Made by a program: the position numbers and the translations under genes. DNA of 64,000 bases from NCBI GenBank assembly GCA_963666285.1, contig OY762711.1, one strand, 5' to 3'. Shown piece after piece: positions 20,466 to 31,948 of this stretch. How positions within the stretch are numbered: the first letter of the stretch is position 1; each line of letters begins with the position of its first letter. The stretch is from Sedimentisphaerales bacterium (GTDB lineage Bacteria > Planctomycetota > Phycisphaerae > Sedimentisphaerales > SM23-30). The notes beneath the pieces were generated by a model. That model was not told where the DNA came from. It ran no database searches and saw only the letters and a program-made list of their open reading frames with translations.

Positions 20466-22433
20466 TTATTTGACAGGCTCAATTATGGCTGCATATCCGC
20501 CACCGCAAGCCAGTTTAATATCGAGTTTAGTTTTTCGATTGACTTCGATTGTGTCCATAACGTTATCTGTAGCATCTTCGTTGGCGTTTGGCCCGTCTGC
20601 CCAATATCTTAGCCGGTAAGTGCCATCACCAAGAAAATCAAGCGGCAGATTCAGCTCGCGACTATCCCAGTTTGTCATAGCACCCAGGAACCATTTATCA
20701 TTATGGCGTCTGGCAACAGCAACTGTTTTGCCAACTTCTGCTTCCAGTACTACTGTCTGGTTCCAGGTTGTCGGCACTTCACGAAGGAATATCATACTGT
20801 CAGGGTTTTTGCGATATTTGGTTGGAGTGTCAGCAAGCATCTGGAGAGGTGCCAGGTAAACAACGTACATTGCCAGCTGCTGACAGCGAGTGCCCTGGCT
20901 GCCGGGGTTTGCGTGTATCGGCTTAAAAGTAGATTTTGTGTAGTTGTCCATCGCTCCCGGAGTATAGTCCATCGGACCTGCCATCATCCGGTTGAACGGC
21001 AGCAGAACAGCCATGTCCGGTGAAGCAAGGTCGCACCATTTACTCTGTTCCATACCCAGCACTGATTCATGGTTGATTACATTGGGGTAAGTTCGCTGCA
21101 GTCCGGTTGGTTTTGACCCGCCGTGGAAATCGACTAACAATTTGTGTTTCGCTGCTTCAACGGCAACTTTCTGGCAGAAATCCATCATCGCCTGGTCATC
21201 TCTCTGCATGAAATCTACTTTTAGCCCTACTATGCCCCATTCGTCGAATTGTTTGAATGCCTTGTCGAAACTACGCTGCAGGGCCGCTGAAGTCATCCAC
21301 AGGATAACGCCGACGTTTTTAGAGTTACCGTATTCCACTAGTTTGGCAATGTCAAGTGATGGTACAACTTCCAGTAGTGTTTCAGGTCCTCTTACGCTCC
21401 ATCCTTCGTCCAGGATAATATATTGAAGACCGTTTGCTGATGCGAAATCAATATAGTTTTTGTATGTGTCCTGGTTTACGCCTGCCTTGAAATCGACATC
21501 GGTTATGTTCCAGCAATTCCACCAGTCCCATGCCACTTTGCCAGGCTTGATCCATGAAGTATCTCCCAGCCTGCAAGGGTCTGCCAGCGAAAACAGCATG
21601 GTAGATGTCAGCATGTTTTTAGGTTCGGCGATAACAAATGCCCGCCACGGAAAACTTCTTGTTCCGGAAGTGTCGGCAAGGTAGTTGTATGTTTTGGCTA
21701 CCTTATCGTTTCGGTCGCCTTCGAGTTTTACCTCTTCCGGATAGTATGGAAATATGGAGTTTATTACATTACCTTCGCCCGGCTTGAGCCAAAGACCGGG
21801 GTATTCTTCGACATTAACATCGGTGATGAGCAGGTATCTTTTGCCAAGTTCAACCAGAACCGGAGTGCTTGCAATATTATTTGAATAATTCAGTTCCGAA
21901 AGTTTTTTGTATTCGAAATTACATTCCTGGTGAGAGAAAAAGTCTTTTCCGTTTGGAACGGGATAATATACCTTATAATCGTCTGAGAAGTACATTGCAA
22001 TGTCTTCGGCATTGACTTTGACTTTTTGTCTTTTCAGGCTGCTTTCCCAGCGATACGCAACGCCGTCATTGTAAGCCTGAATACATAAAGATATTTGTCG
22101 GCCGAATAAGATTTTTGTTTCATTGCAGTTGACCTGAACCTGGTCGCATATGGTTTTTAAGGTTGGGGTTACAGACTGGTTGATAACTTTACTGTCGATG
22201 CCGGCGATATCTTTATCTGGGTATTGCTGCCCGTCGATAGTAATAGAAATCGGACTGTTTTCTATTACCATTTTCCCATCAGCTTTGATGCTGTAGGTCA
22301 GGGAATTGTCCTGATAGTTTACAATAAAGGATAGTTTCCCATCTGGTGATTTTGTAACTATATCTTTGGCATGGGTTAATACTGTGAATTGTAAGATAAT
22401 TACGATAAAGATTTTTAGTAGTGATGATCTCAT
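20466..22433 (-). CDS. Glycoside hydrolase family 97 (alpha-glucosidase/alpha-galactosidase), secreted
   Basis: SPDGKL, AYNDGVAYR, SWIKPGKVAWDWW, LDEGW, GLKVDF, DFHG, AGPMDYTPG, VAVARR. Confidence 0.93.
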   Translation of the reverse strand: MRSSLLKIFIVIILQFTVLTHAKDIVTKSPDGKLSFIVNYQDNSLTYSIKADGKMVIENSPISITIDGQQYPDKDIAGIDSKVINQSVTPTLKTICDQVQVNCNETKILFGRQISLCIQAYNDGVAYRWESSLKRQKVKVNAEDIAMYFSDDYKVYYPVPNGKDFFSHQECNFEYKKLSELNYSNNIASTPVLVELGKRYLLITDVNVEEYPGLWLKPGEGNVINSIFPYYPEEVKLEGDRNDKVAKTYNYLADTSGTRSFPWRAFVIAEPKNMLTSTMLFSLADPCRLGDTSWIKPGKVAWDWWNCWNITDVDFKAGVNQDTYKNYIDFASANGLQYIILDEGWSVRGPETLLEVVPSLDIAKLVEYGNSKNVGVILWMTSAALQRSFDKAFKQFDEWGIVGLKVDFMQRDDQAMMDFCQKVAVEAAKHKLLVDFHGGSKPTGLQRTYPNVINHESVLGMEQSKWCDLASPDMAVLLPFNRMMAGPMDYTPGAMDNYTKSTFKPIHANPGSQGTRCQQLAMYVVYLAPLQMLADTPTKYRKNPDSMIFLREVPTTWNQTVVLEAEVGKTVAVARRHNDKWFLGAMTNWDSRELNLPLDFLGDGTYRLRYWADGPNANEDATDNVMDTIEVNRKTKLDIKLACGGGYAAIIEPVK

Positions 22434-22652
22434 GGCCTAATCCTTTCTAAATATTGCCTGTTGGTTTACAAGATTTATTTGGAAACATTATAGATTAGAT
22501 AAAAGGCCACATCAACTATCTTTATCAATATTATCTTGATCCAAATGATATAAGATCAATTAGTTATAGGATTTTTAGGCATACAGTCAGACTGATTGGA
22601 TGAAAATTGGAATAAAAATAGAATGCCGGCACAAAAAACTGTGCAATCCGGT

Positions 22653-23636
22653 TTAATCTTTATCGTCAAATCTTTTCTGGTAGGCGTGGCAGTACGGCTG
22701 TTTGCCGGTTTTTATGTAGTAATTCTGGTGATAGTCTTCGGCAGGCCAGAAAGTTGTTGCCGGGGTTAACCTGGTAACAACATTAAGCCCTTTATCTCTG
22801 AGGACTCGAATTAGGTTTTCGGCTGTTTCTTTTTGATTTTCACTGGTATAGAAGATTTCCGATCTGTATTGTTCGCCGATATCCGGCCCCTGGCCGTTAA
22901 CCTGGGTAGGATCATGGGTTTCAAAATACATCTTAGCCAGCTCTTCGTAGTTTAGCTGGTTGGGGTCGAAAGCTATTTCAATAGCCTCGGCATGACCGGT
23001 TAGTCCGGTGCAAACTTGTTTATAAGTAGGGTTCGCTATATTACCACCGGTATAACCGACGATGGAATATATAATGCCTTTCATCTTTTGCAGCTGGTAT
23101 TGAACGCCCCAGAAGCACCCGGAAGCAAAAACTGCTTTCTCATACTTGCTTTCCGGAATGAAATCCATTGAAATTGAGTTTACACAATGTCGCGTGTTTT
23201 TTTGGGTAAATCCTTCCCCGCGAAAAACGTGGCCAAGATGCCCTTTGCAATTGTTGCACAGGATTTCAACACGATATCCGTCCGCGTCCGGCTGCTCAAG
23301 TACCTTGTCCGGGATCGAATCGTCGAAGCTGGGCCAGCCGCATTCGCTTTTGAATTTGCTGTCAGATATATACAGAGCTGTTCCGCATTGCCGACAGGTA
23401 TAAACACCTTTTTCATTATGATCGTTAAACTTGCCGGTAAACGGTTTTTCTGTTCCCTTGTTGATAATTACATATTGTTCTTCCGGTGTTAGTTCTCTAT
23501 AAGACATAAGCTTCTCGATACTAAATTGATTTTGTTGCTTTTTATTTGTTTTATTGTTTTCTTTGCTGACTGCTATTATGGATATCAGCAGTATGATAGC
23601 AAGTGCGGAAAATATAGTAATAATTCTTTTTTTCAT
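22653..23636 (-). CDS. msrAB: Bifunctional peptide-methionine sulfoxide reductase MsrB-MsrA with N-terminal signal/anchor
   Basis: GTEKPF, CRQC, CGWPSF, HLGHVF, RHCVNS (MsrB); GCFWG, GYTGG, AEDYHQNY (MsrA). Confidence 0.93.
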   Translation of the reverse strand: MKKRIITIFSALAIILLISIIAVSKENNKTNKKQQNQFSIEKLMSYRELTPEEQYVIINKGTEKPFTGKFNDHNEKGVYTCRQCGTALYISDSKFKSECGWPSFDDSIPDKVLEQPDADGYRVEILCNNCKGHLGHVFRGEGFTQKNTRHCVNSISMDFIPESKYEKAVFASGCFWGVQYQLQKMKGIIYSIVGYTGGNIANPTYKQVCTGLTGHAEAIEIAFDPNQLNYEELAKMYFETHDPTQVNGQGPDIGEQYRSEIFYTSENQKETAENLIRVLRDKGLNVVTRLTPATTFWPAEDYHQNYYIKTGKQPYCHAYQKRFDDKD

Positions 23637-23737
23637 GGCCGCTTCTCCTTACATATAGTTCTACTAGATTATAGCGATATTAGGGAGAATCAGGCAAATG
23701 GTATTGTCTGGTATGTAAATATATGCGATAGTTAAGT

Positions 23738-25144
23738 TTAACTTAAAACGTTTAACAGCAGTAATCCGAGAGCAAAATATACCATAAAGCTTAAAATATC
23801 GTTGGCTGTTGTGATAAGCGGGCCTGAACTTATTGCCGGGTCTATGCCTACCTTCCTGAAGAAGTAAGGCAGAAACAGTCCCAATAATGTTGACAGCGAG
23901 ACGGCACTAAACATTGCCAGTCCTACTGATAAAGCTATTGTTACTACATCTTTGAAATTGGCATCTTCAAAAATGCTGAGTCCTGTCAGGGCAACCGTGC
24001 TGGAAACGAGAGCACAAATGAGAGCAACGATAAGAGACGCCTTTATTTCACGCTGCAATACCTGTATCAGGTCAAGAGCGGCCAGGTCACCGGTTGCCAG
24101 ACCGCGAACAACTACTGTTGATGTCTGCATGCCGCTGTTGCCGCCCATAGCTGTAACGGCAGGAACAAAAGTGATTATATGTTTCCATATTTCTGGATTT
24201 GATAGTGAAGCATATTTATTTGCGAAGAATTTATATAGAACGATAGCAGACAGCATCGATCCGCTCATACAGATAAGCAGCCAGGGCAGGCGTACTAAGG
24301 CAATTTTGAGTGACTTATGAGTGTCAAGTTCGTCCGGGTGAGTACCGGCCATTTTCAAAACGTCTTCTTCTGCTTCCTCATCCATAACGTCAACAATATC
24401 GTCAACAGTAATTCTACCGACCAGTATGCCGTTGTCATCTACAACAGGTGCAGATACCAGGTCGTTTTTACGGAATGTATTTGCAATTACTTCCTGGTCG
24501 TCACTGAGATGGATAAAAGGTATCTCGTCATCAATAATATCTTTTATATCAGTTTTACGCGGGTATTTTAGCAGGGTATGAATGTCAATTGATCCTAAAA
24601 GCTTATCTTCTGAATCAACAACAAAAACGTTGAAAAAATGTTCGTCATGGTCAGCTTCCCGATACGCCCTTATTGCGTCTCTGATAGTCTGGTCGATTTG
24701 GACCTTGACTACTTCCGGTGTCATAATACCACCGGCAGAGTCTTCCTGGTAGCTAAGCAGTTTTTCGATTTGTTCGGAATCTATTTCGCCGATATGCTCC
24801 AGGACCTTTTCAGCCTGTTGGTCACTGAACTCTGCAATAACGTCAGCTACTTCATCCGGAGGCAGAGAAGACAGCATCTCGCCGAGTTCTTCTCCGGTCA
24901 TATCCTCGACTACTTCGCTTAGGGTTGCTTCGTCGATTTTCTCCAGAACTTCACCGGCATCTTTTGGCTCCAACAGGTCAAACAGTACCTGGCGGGCGAT
25001 TTCGTCCAGTACTTCAACAACTTCAGCTACTTCTGAGGTTCTTGAGACGCTAAGCAGTTCTTTAAGCTGCTCAAAGTCTTTTGCTTCGATAAGCTGCTCG
25101 ATATTCTCCAGCAATTGTTTTGTCTGGCTGTGATGGTCTTGCAT
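23738..25144 (-). CDS. mgtE: Magnesium transporter MgtE
   Basis: Acidic N domain, SAGGIMT + CBS pair (GRITVDD), RLPWL, GGNSG, DPAISSGPLITTAND. Confidence 0.95.
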   Translation of the reverse strand: MQDHHSQTKQLLENIEQLIEAKDFEQLKELLSVSRTSEVAEVVEVLDEIARQVLFDLLEPKDAGEVLEKIDEATLSEVVEDMTGEELGEMLSSLPPDEVADVIAEFSDQQAEKVLEHIGEIDSEQIEKLLSYQEDSAGGIMTPEVVKVQIDQTIRDAIRAYREADHDEHFFNVFVVDSEDKLLGSIDIHTLLKYPRKTDIKDIIDDEIPFIHLSDDQEVIANTFRKNDLVSAPVVDDNGILVGRITVDDIVDVMDEEAEEDVLKMAGTHPDELDTHKSLKIALVRLPWLLICMSGSMLSAIVLYKFFANKYASLSNPEIWKHIITFVPAVTAMGGNSGMQTSTVVVRGLATGDLAALDLIQVLQREIKASLIVALICALVSSTVALTGLSIFEDANFKDVVTIALSVGLAMFSAVSLSTLLGLFLPYFFRKVGIDPAISSGPLITTANDILSFMVYFALGLLLLNVLS

Positions 25145-25458
25145 GCTATCCTCATTTTCTGTATATCTTGAAGTTGACGACTTTTTTTGTGGTGGTTACA
25201 ATATATGCTTTGCTGCCAGATGTTTATCTTTGAATGAAAATAATAACAGACTGGCTAACATACATAAAATGACAACCCGACCAGTATATTATGATTCAAC
25301 CCGGATTTCCAGTATAATCATACAACCTTGGCAGCTTACAGTTAAAATATTTTAACCTTATTATTGTCATTTTATTACATGTGGCTTAGTACAGGTATAA
25401 GCCTTGTATATATTTATAGTGCCGACTATTTACACGAGTTATTAGAAATATTAAATTT

Positions 25459-26061
25459 ATGTCAGTTAAGCTTAAAAAAATAGGAATACTGGGCGGACCA
25501 GGTTCCGGAAAAAGTACGGTTGCAGAGGTTTTTGCCGAGCAGGGTTGCGGCATAATAAATGCCGATAAACTTAATCACCAGGTGCTTGAAAGAGATGATA
25601 TTATAGCCCGGATAGTCGAAATATGGGGTAGTCAGGTAGTGGGTTTAGATGGTAAGATCGACCGCGGAATCCTTGGGAAAGTGGTTTTTTCGGGTACTAA
25701 TAGCTTAAATACTCTGGTGGAGATAGTGCATCCGGAGATTTTTAAGCTTATGGAAAAGCAGGTAGAAAACTTTGAGCGATCAGGCCAGGTAAAAGCAATT
25801 ATTTTTGATGTGCCGCTGCTAATGGAGGTTGGCTGGGAGAATAAGTGTGATATTCTGGTCTTTGTTAAAGTTCATGATTGTGTCAGACGTTCCAGACTGA
25901 AAAATACCCGGAATTGGGACGAAAATTTCATAAAAAATATAGAAAATTCGCAGATTTTACTGGACAAGAAGGAGAAAATCTCCGATTATATAGTCGAAAA
26001 CAGTTCTGATATTTCCAATTTGCGCTTACAGATTGAGCGTATTTTTCCCGAAATGCTTTAA
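25459..26061 (+). CDS. coaE: Dephospho-CoA kinase
   Basis: IGILGGPGSGKSTV, IDRGILG..VF, IVHP, DVPLL.E, DYIVEN. Confidence 0.9.
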   Translation: MSVKLKKIGILGGPGSGKSTVAEVFAEQGCGIINADKLNHQVLERDDIIARIVEIWGSQVVGLDGKIDRGILGKVVFSGTNSLNTLVEIVHPEIFKLMEKQVENFERSGQVKAIIFDVPLLMEVGWENKCDILVFVKVHDCVRRSRLKNTRNWDENFIKNIENSQILLDKKEKISDYIVENSSDISNLRLQIERIFPEML

Positions 26062-26433
26062 CAGATATCAGAGATTGTTTCCATATAGCAGGCCTGCATA
26101 AGATAATATCTCTATTTTTTTTGATTTGATATATATAATATGCCGGTCACATCAAAGGCAGGATAATAATACCTAAATATTGTGATTGCCGCCGGGGCTT
26201 AGAAATTATTTTTGTGTCATGGATGATTCCTGATTATAAATTTCTGAAAGCCAGGTATTATTGTCTTTACAAATCAAAATTTTCCATTGAGAAAAAACTC
26301 AACGGTTAATTACATATCGTAACTGCAGGACTTCCAAAATAAATAAGAATGCAGAACGTTTTTACTGCGAGCGTATGTATCTCGTATGTAAAGGCTTATA
26401 TTATATTGTTTACTTATACAGGAGTTGTATGAC

Positions 26434-28164
26434 ATGGCAAGAGCCAAAAAAACAACTAGCAAAGCCGCTGATGAATCAGTTGAGCAAGAAGAGCTATTTG
26501 ACGACTTTGATAAAGAACTTGAAGCTGAGAGCAGCAAAGCAACAAAAAAGAAGACTGCAAAAAAGAAAACAGCTGCTAATAAAAAGTCAGCTGCTGACAG
26601 CAATCTGGAGTCAGAATTTGATAACGATTTTGAAGAGAATGCTATCGAGGCTGAGAAGCAGAAACAGCAGCAGAGAAAACAGCATTACAATAACAATAAT
26701 AATAACAATAACAACAAGAATAAAAATAATGGTTCTAACGGGAGGTCAAAAAATAACAAAAAGAAATCCGGTTCGAACAATAATAACAGGAACAATAATA
26801 GAAACAATAATAGAAGTGGTGCCGATGAAGATCCGTCAAAGTTCAAGTCTTTGATGGAATATGACACCGAAACTTATGAACGGTATGAAGAGGCCAAGAA
26901 GAGTAATCTGCATATTAAAGAGCTGCAAAAGATGGAAGTTGAAGAGCTTCGTGAAATTGCAAAATCTGAAGGGCTCGACGAGTATGCCGGGTTGAAGAAG
27001 CAGGACCTTATCTTTATGATCGTTCGTAACCGTATTCGTATGAACGGTCTGATGTATGGTGAAGGTGTATTGGAGCTGCTGCCGGATGGTTATGGTTTTC
27101 TGCGTACTCCTGACTATAATTATGTGCCGTGTCCTGATGACATTTATGTGTCGCCGTCTCAGATTCGTCGTTTTGGTTTGCGTAATGGTAATATTGTTGC
27201 CGGTGCGATCAGGCCGCCGAAGGAATCAGAAAAGTATTTTGCTTTGCTGCGTGTTGAAGCGGTGAACTATGAAGATCCGGAAGCGTTGACAGAAAAGACT
27301 GTCTTTGAAGATCTTACCCCGCTCCATCCGGAAGAGAGACTGGTATTGGAGACATCTTCAAACGAATTGAATATGCGTATTGTTGACCTGGTGACTCCTA
27401 TTGGTAAAGGTCAGCGTGGTCTGATCGTTGCTCCGCCTCGTACCGGTAAAACAGTTCTGCTCCAGAAGATTACAAATTCAATCGCACAGAATCATAAAGA
27501 AGTTCATCTGATTGTTCTTCTTATTGATGAGCGTCCTGAAGAAGTAACAGAAATGAAACGTGCTACCGGTGAAGACGTGGAAGTTGTCAGCAGTTGTTTT
27601 GACGAACCTGCCAGCCGTCACGTTCAGGTTGCCGAGATGGTAATCGAAAAGGCCAAGAGAATGGTCGAGTTCGGTCGCGATGTTATTATCGTGCTTGACT
27701 CTATCACACGTCTGGCTCGTGCATACAATACTGAGATGCCTCACTCTGGTAAGATTCTTACCGGTGGTGTTGATGCTAACGCCCTGCAGAAGCCTAAGAA
27801 ATTCTTCGGTGCTGCCCGTAACATCGAAGAGGGTGGTTCGCTGACTATCCTGGCAACTGCCCTGGTTGATACCGGATCAAAGATGGACGAAGTTATTTTC
27901 GAAGAGTTCAAAGGTACCGGTAATATGGAACTGCATCTTGACCGTCGTCTGGTTGAGCGTCGTACCTGGCCGGCTATTGATATCAGCCGCAGTGGTACCC
28001 GTAAGGAAGAATTGCTCATGGATCCGAAAGAACTAGAACTCTCTTATCGTCTGCGTAAGATTCTCAGCGATATGAATCCGGTCGAAAGCGTAGAATTGCT
28101 CAAGACCAGGTTGAAAAAGACCAGCAGCAATGCCGAGTTCCTCATGACAATGAACCTGAGCTAA
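26434..28164 (+). CDS. rho: Transcription termination factor Rho with long N-terminal low-complexity extension
   Basis: [64 protein letters not shown] 26434 with GGAG upstream. Confidence 0.97.
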   Translation: MARAKKTTSKAADESVEQEELFDDFDKELEAESSKATKKKTAKKKTAANKKSAADSNLESEFDNDFEENAIEAEKQKQQQRKQHYNNNNNNNNNKNKNNGSNGRSKNNKKKSGSNNNNRNNNRNNNRSGADEDPSKFKSLMEYDTETYERYEEAKKSNLHIKELQKMEVEELREIAKSEGLDEYAGLKKQDLIFMIVRNRIRMNGLMYGEGVLELLPDGYGFLRTPDYNYVPCPDDIYVSPSQIRRFGLRNGNIVAGAIRPPKESEKYFALLRVEAVNYEDPEALTEKTVFEDLTPLHPEERLVLETSSNELNMRIVDLVTPIGKGQRGLIVAPPRTGKTVLLQKITNSIAQNHKEVHLIVLLIDERPEEVTEMKRATGEDVEVVSSCFDEPASRHVQVAEMVIEKAKRMVEFGRDVIIVLDSITRLARAYNTEMPHSGKILTGGVDANALQKPKKFFGAARNIEEGGSLTILATALVDTGSKMDEVIFEEFKGTGNMELHLDRRLVERRTWPAIDISRSGTRKEELLMDPKELELSYRLRKILSDMNPVESVELLKTRLKKTSSNAEFLMTMNLS

Positions 28165-28222
28165 CCGGGCTTTGCCTGGGCTTGATCTGGGCGGTTTGAC
28201 TACCTGGTTAAATTGAATTATT

Positions 28223-28256
28223 AAAGGGTAACCAATATTATTTGGTTGCCCTTTTT
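28223..28256 (+). terminator. Intrinsic terminator after rho
   Basis: AAAGGGTAACCAA-tattat-TTGGTTGCCCTTTTT. Confidence 0.8.
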
Positions 28257-28381
28257 CATGCGCATATTATGGAGAACGAGCAAAATAGTACAATAATTTA
28301 TTTTTTTGAAACAAATTTAATGCTTGGGCGTCTAAGTTTATGAGAGACAGTGTTTTTATATACTAAAATGGAGATTCATCA

Positions 28382-30553
28382 ATGAAAGTGTCTAGTTACC
28401 ACCTTTGTATCGCATTGTTATTGTTAAGTTTATGTGTTGTTAGCTGTGCTGTTGAACCAGAGGGGGGAGATTCTCAGGCTCAAGGTGAAGCAATACTGAA
28501 ATCGATGGGAGAAGTAAATCAATATTGGCTAAAAGGTCCTGCAGAGGAAGTTAAGAATTATTCTTATGAATTTAAGCTGGGTGATGGCGATCCCAAGGGG
28601 TTTAGTATAACCGATCCGCGTAAATCGAGTATGTCATTTCGGCAGGGTATTAGTTATTATTCCGTTCTGCACAAGCTGGCATCTGACCCTTCGGCGGCCA
28701 ATATAAATGTTATCGAAGAGAGTGATAAGATTATCAGGCTGGATTTTGCCTTAAAGAATTCGATGAAGTGTGGTACCGGCAATGGTCTCAGTGGTTCATG
28801 GATAGGGTATTTCAACCGCGGTATTGATACCGGCAGTATATGGCTGGATAAAGAAAAGATGGTGCCTGTGAAGGTTGTCGCTGGAATTGTCGAAGAAGAA
28901 TTTTCCGATTATGTGAAAGTTGATCAGTCTCATTATGTTCCGCTGGCAATGAAGATCGATAAGGAAGAGATTCATTTTAGCTGGAAGTTTGCATTTTATG
29001 AGCCGGGCTTATGGCTTTTTGATATGTCGCATTATCAATATGGTGATGGTGAGAATAGGTTAGTCGCTTCTATTAGTAATGTCAGAATTAATAATATGGA
29101 TAGTAATCAGAATGAATTGCCCGTAGTGCCTGTTGCCCAATCCGGTGAATCCAGGACTTTGAAAAAGATATTTTCTGAGGGCCGGGAAAAAATGGATATT
29201 GTAATACAGGCTAATAAATGCTGGCTGCTGCCGTCACTTCAAGCTCGTAAAGGGCTTATCTATCAATACACCCAGGAAGAGCCATATCGTGAGATGATTC
29301 TTTTTGATGAACAGGGAAATATTATGGCTCAACTGGAAAGCAGTAAAGACAGTCTTGACAAACCGACCAGGCAGAGTTTTTATCTTTGCGACGGAACATC
29401 CGGCAGGTGCGACTATGACGATAAATATCTGAAGCCGGTTCAAATATATAATGAATCACATGGTGACGGCAAATCGCTGGTGCAAAAAGATCGTAATGTG
29501 AAAAATCTGGCAACTGGTTTGAACTTTGATTGTGCTGTTAGCATAATGGCTCGCAGGCCTGAGATATTTAATGCAAAATATGAGGTAATTGATGACCAGA
29601 CTTATCGATTGATTTTGACTACCTCGAGCAGGGATGCGAAACTCTTTACCGGTACGATGTTAGCCTTTACTTCCTGGGCGTATATGCATGATGTTAAATT
29701 TTCGAAAAGTGAAATTGTCTGCGAAGCAGACAGTCACAAAGTGTTAACAGAAAAAGATTATAACGCAGGCGGCGATCTCGTCGGCAGTTATATATTTTCT
29801 GATTATCTTACAAGTTCCGCTTGTCAGGCGCCTGGCAAAATACAGGCAGTTATTCCTCATGAAGAAGAAGGTCAGGACCATTCACTTGAAATGCAGGCCG
29901 AGTTTGAGTTTGTTCGTCCCGGGGTTTGGCTGCTGGATAATTGCCTAAGTAAGTTTCGCGGTCAGGATGGCGGCTCTGTAGGACAGGTAGAGGTTCTCCC
30001 GGTATCAGACCAAAGTTATGAACCGATAGAATATTTGTTAAACCGCCAGCAGGAGAGCAACCGGTTAATGAGAAGAATATGCCGGGCAAGTGACGATAGG
30101 GTAACTGTTTCGCTGGATAGTAGTAATATGCTTCCTCTTTATGTCAGGGCAAAGTGGGGAGATGGTGTAAAAGATCAACTTCAAAGGAAGGCAGCTAATG
30201 CCGGTGAATATGATAAACCGGTAGTCTGTGTTTTGCCATCTGAGTATTGCACGGATGAAACTAATGGCCTGCAGATATGCCTGAATGTATTTTCAAATAC
30301 ATATTGGGAAGAATATAAAACTGAATTTTTCGTTGAGCTGCTTGACTCTTCCGGTAATACTTTAGCTACTTCAACGGCATTTAAAAATATTCGGGCAGAG
30401 GGCACACCGTCTGCCACAATTGTACCTGTTGAGTTTGCCGAAGTTCAGGGTTTAGCCGGACTCGACAGTATTGCTGTTTCTGCTGCTATCAATAAAATGA
30501 CTGGGGCATATCATGGCCATGGGATATGGATGACTTTTATGGATCCAAATTGA
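28382..30553 (+). CDS. Hypothetical lipoprotein with internal two-fold domain duplication
   Basis: Lipobox-like LCVVSC; repeated N.xWL...Y.Y/F and FSDY...P...F.F..PG.WL.D segments. Confidence 0.75.
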   Translation: MKVSSYHLCIALLLLSLCVVSCAVEPEGGDSQAQGEAILKSMGEVNQYWLKGPAEEVKNYSYEFKLGDGDPKGFSITDPRKSSMSFRQGISYYSVLHKLASDPSAANINVIEESDKIIRLDFALKNSMKCGTGNGLSGSWIGYFNRGIDTGSIWLDKEKMVPVKVVAGIVEEEFSDYVKVDQSHYVPLAMKIDKEEIHFSWKFAFYEPGLWLFDMSHYQYGDGENRLVASISNVRINNMDSNQNELPVVPVAQSGESRTLKKIFSEGREKMDIVIQANKCWLLPSLQARKGLIYQYTQEEPYREMILFDEQGNIMAQLESSKDSLDKPTRQSFYLCDGTSGRCDYDDKYLKPVQIYNESHGDGKSLVQKDRNVKNLATGLNFDCAVSIMARRPEIFNAKYEVIDDQTYRLILTTSSRDAKLFTGTMLAFTSWAYMHDVKFSKSEIVCEADSHKVLTEKDYNAGGDLVGSYIFSDYLTSSACQAPGKIQAVIPHEEEGQDHSLEMQAEFEFVRPGVWLLDNCLSKFRGQDGGSVGQVEVLPVSDQSYEPIEYLLNRQQESNRLMRRICRASDDRVTVSLDSSNMLPLYVRAKWGDGVKDQLQRKAANAGEYDKPVVCVLPSEYCTDETNGLQICLNVFSNTYWEEYKTEFFVELLDSSGNTLATSTAFKNIRAEGTPSATIVPVEFAEVQGLAGLDSIAVSAAINKMTGAYHGHGIWMTFMDPN

Positions 30554-30606
30554 ATAACTGGATAAGCTGTGACATCTGCCTTTGACAGCCATATTATTTT
30601 AAAATT

Positions 30607-30643
30607 AAAAAAACCGCCGGCAATTAATTGCTGACGGTTTTTT
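30607..30643. terminator. Bidirectional intrinsic terminator
   Basis: A7-CCGCCGGCAAT-ta-ATTGCTGACGG-T6 between convergent genes. Confidence 0.8.
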
Positions 30644-30704
30644 AGTAGAGAAACATTGGTATATTCTAAACTAATAACTTATAGATAATGAACTCGGCTA
30701 ATTG

Positions 30705-31826
30705 TTATTTAGCTTTTTTACGTGTGCTTTTTTTCTTAGCTGCGGTTTCAACTATTTCAGTTTCAACTGATTCATCAATCTCATCTTCAATAGATTCTAT
30801 TTCGGCATCATCGGCCGGGATAATTTCGTGAGCTACCAGTACCTTATGCTTAATCTCTTCAAATATATCTGGGTTTTCCTTAAGGAAGTCCTTGGTTCTT
30901 TCTCTGCCCTGACCGACAGTTTCGCCATTATATTTAATAAACGCACCGCTCTTTTGCATGATGTTTTCATTAACTGCAAGATCAATCAGGTCACCCTGGC
31001 GGCTGATACCTTCGTTAAACATAATATCAAATTCGCACACTCTAAATGGAGGAGCGATTTTATTTTTGGCTACTTTCACACGGACATGGTTACCGATAGC
31101 CTGGTCGCCTTCTTTCATTGTACTCACGCGACGGATGTCCAGACGTACCGAACTGTAGAATTTCAAGGCACGACCGCCCGGAGTAGTTTCTGGGCTGCCG
31201 AACATAACACCCACTTTTTCACGAATTTGGTTGATAAATATCAGGCATGTTTTGCTCTGGTTGATAACGGCAGTCAGTTTTCTCATTGCCTGGCTCATTA
31301 AGCGTGCCTGCAATCCGACATGAGAGTCGCCAATTTCTCCGTTTAGCTCTGCTTCAGGCGTGAGTGCCGCAACTGAGTCAACAACGATAATATCCACGGC
31401 ATTACTTTTTACCAGCATCTCGACAATACCCAATGCCTGCTCGCCGCTGCTCGGCTGAGAGACCAGCAAAGATTCCAGGTTTACACCCAGTTTTTTGGCC
31501 CAGGTTGGGTCCAATGCATGCTCGGCATCAACAAAAGCAGCTACACCGCCCAGCTTTTGTGCTTCGGCTATTGTATGCAGTGCCAGGGTAGTTTTACCAC
31601 TGGATTCCGGTCCATACATTTCGATAATTCGTCCGCGGGGTACTCCCTTACCGCCCAGTGCCAGGTCCAGTGATAGTGCCCCGGTGCTGATACAGTCCAC
31701 GCTGACACATTTATCATTGTCCAGGTGCATGATAGTACCTTCGCCAAACTGTTTTTCAATTTGACTTAACGCATTTTCCAGCGGATTGCCGCTTGTTGGT
31801 GCAGCTTTTTTGCTTGCCTTCGCCAT
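30705..31826 (-). CDS. recA: Recombinase A
   Basis: [51 protein letters not shown]. Confidence 0.98.
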   Translation of the reverse strand: MAKASKKAAPTSGNPLENALSQIEKQFGEGTIMHLDNDKCVSVDCISTGALSLDLALGGKGVPRGRIIEMYGPESSGKTTLALHTIAEAQKLGGVAAFVDAEHALDPTWAKKLGVNLESLLVSQPSSGEQALGIVEMLVKSNAVDIIVVDSVAALTPEAELNGEIGDSHVGLQARLMSQAMRKLTAVINQSKTCLIFINQIREKVGVMFGSPETTPGGRALKFYSSVRLDIRRVSTMKEGDQAIGNHVRVKVAKNKIAPPFRVCEFDIMFNEGISRQGDLIDLAVNENIMQKSGAFIKYNGETVGQGRERTKDFLKENPDIFEEIKHKVLVAHEIIPADDAEIESIEDEIDESVETEIVETAAKKKSTRKKAK

Positions 31827-31917
31827 AATAATCTCCTTAAAGTTCTGTAATTTAAGGGTTTACCCTTGTTTCTCACTAAAATAATATGGAATCGATTTCA
31901 ATTTTGAATATTCTTTT

Positions 31918-31945
31918 CCTAACCACCTGTTAGGTGTTTGTTAGG
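31918..31945. promoter_or_regulatory. Candidate repressor operator at the recA transcription start
   Basis: CCTAAC-N5-GTTAGG-N5-GTTAGG immediately downstream of the -10 box. Confidence 0.55.
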
Positions 31946-31948
31946 TAG

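Noticed and set aside
26375..26867. Alternative-frame ORFs with poly-I/T or poly-L runs
   Set aside because: Shadows of the AAT/AAC Asn tract in rho.
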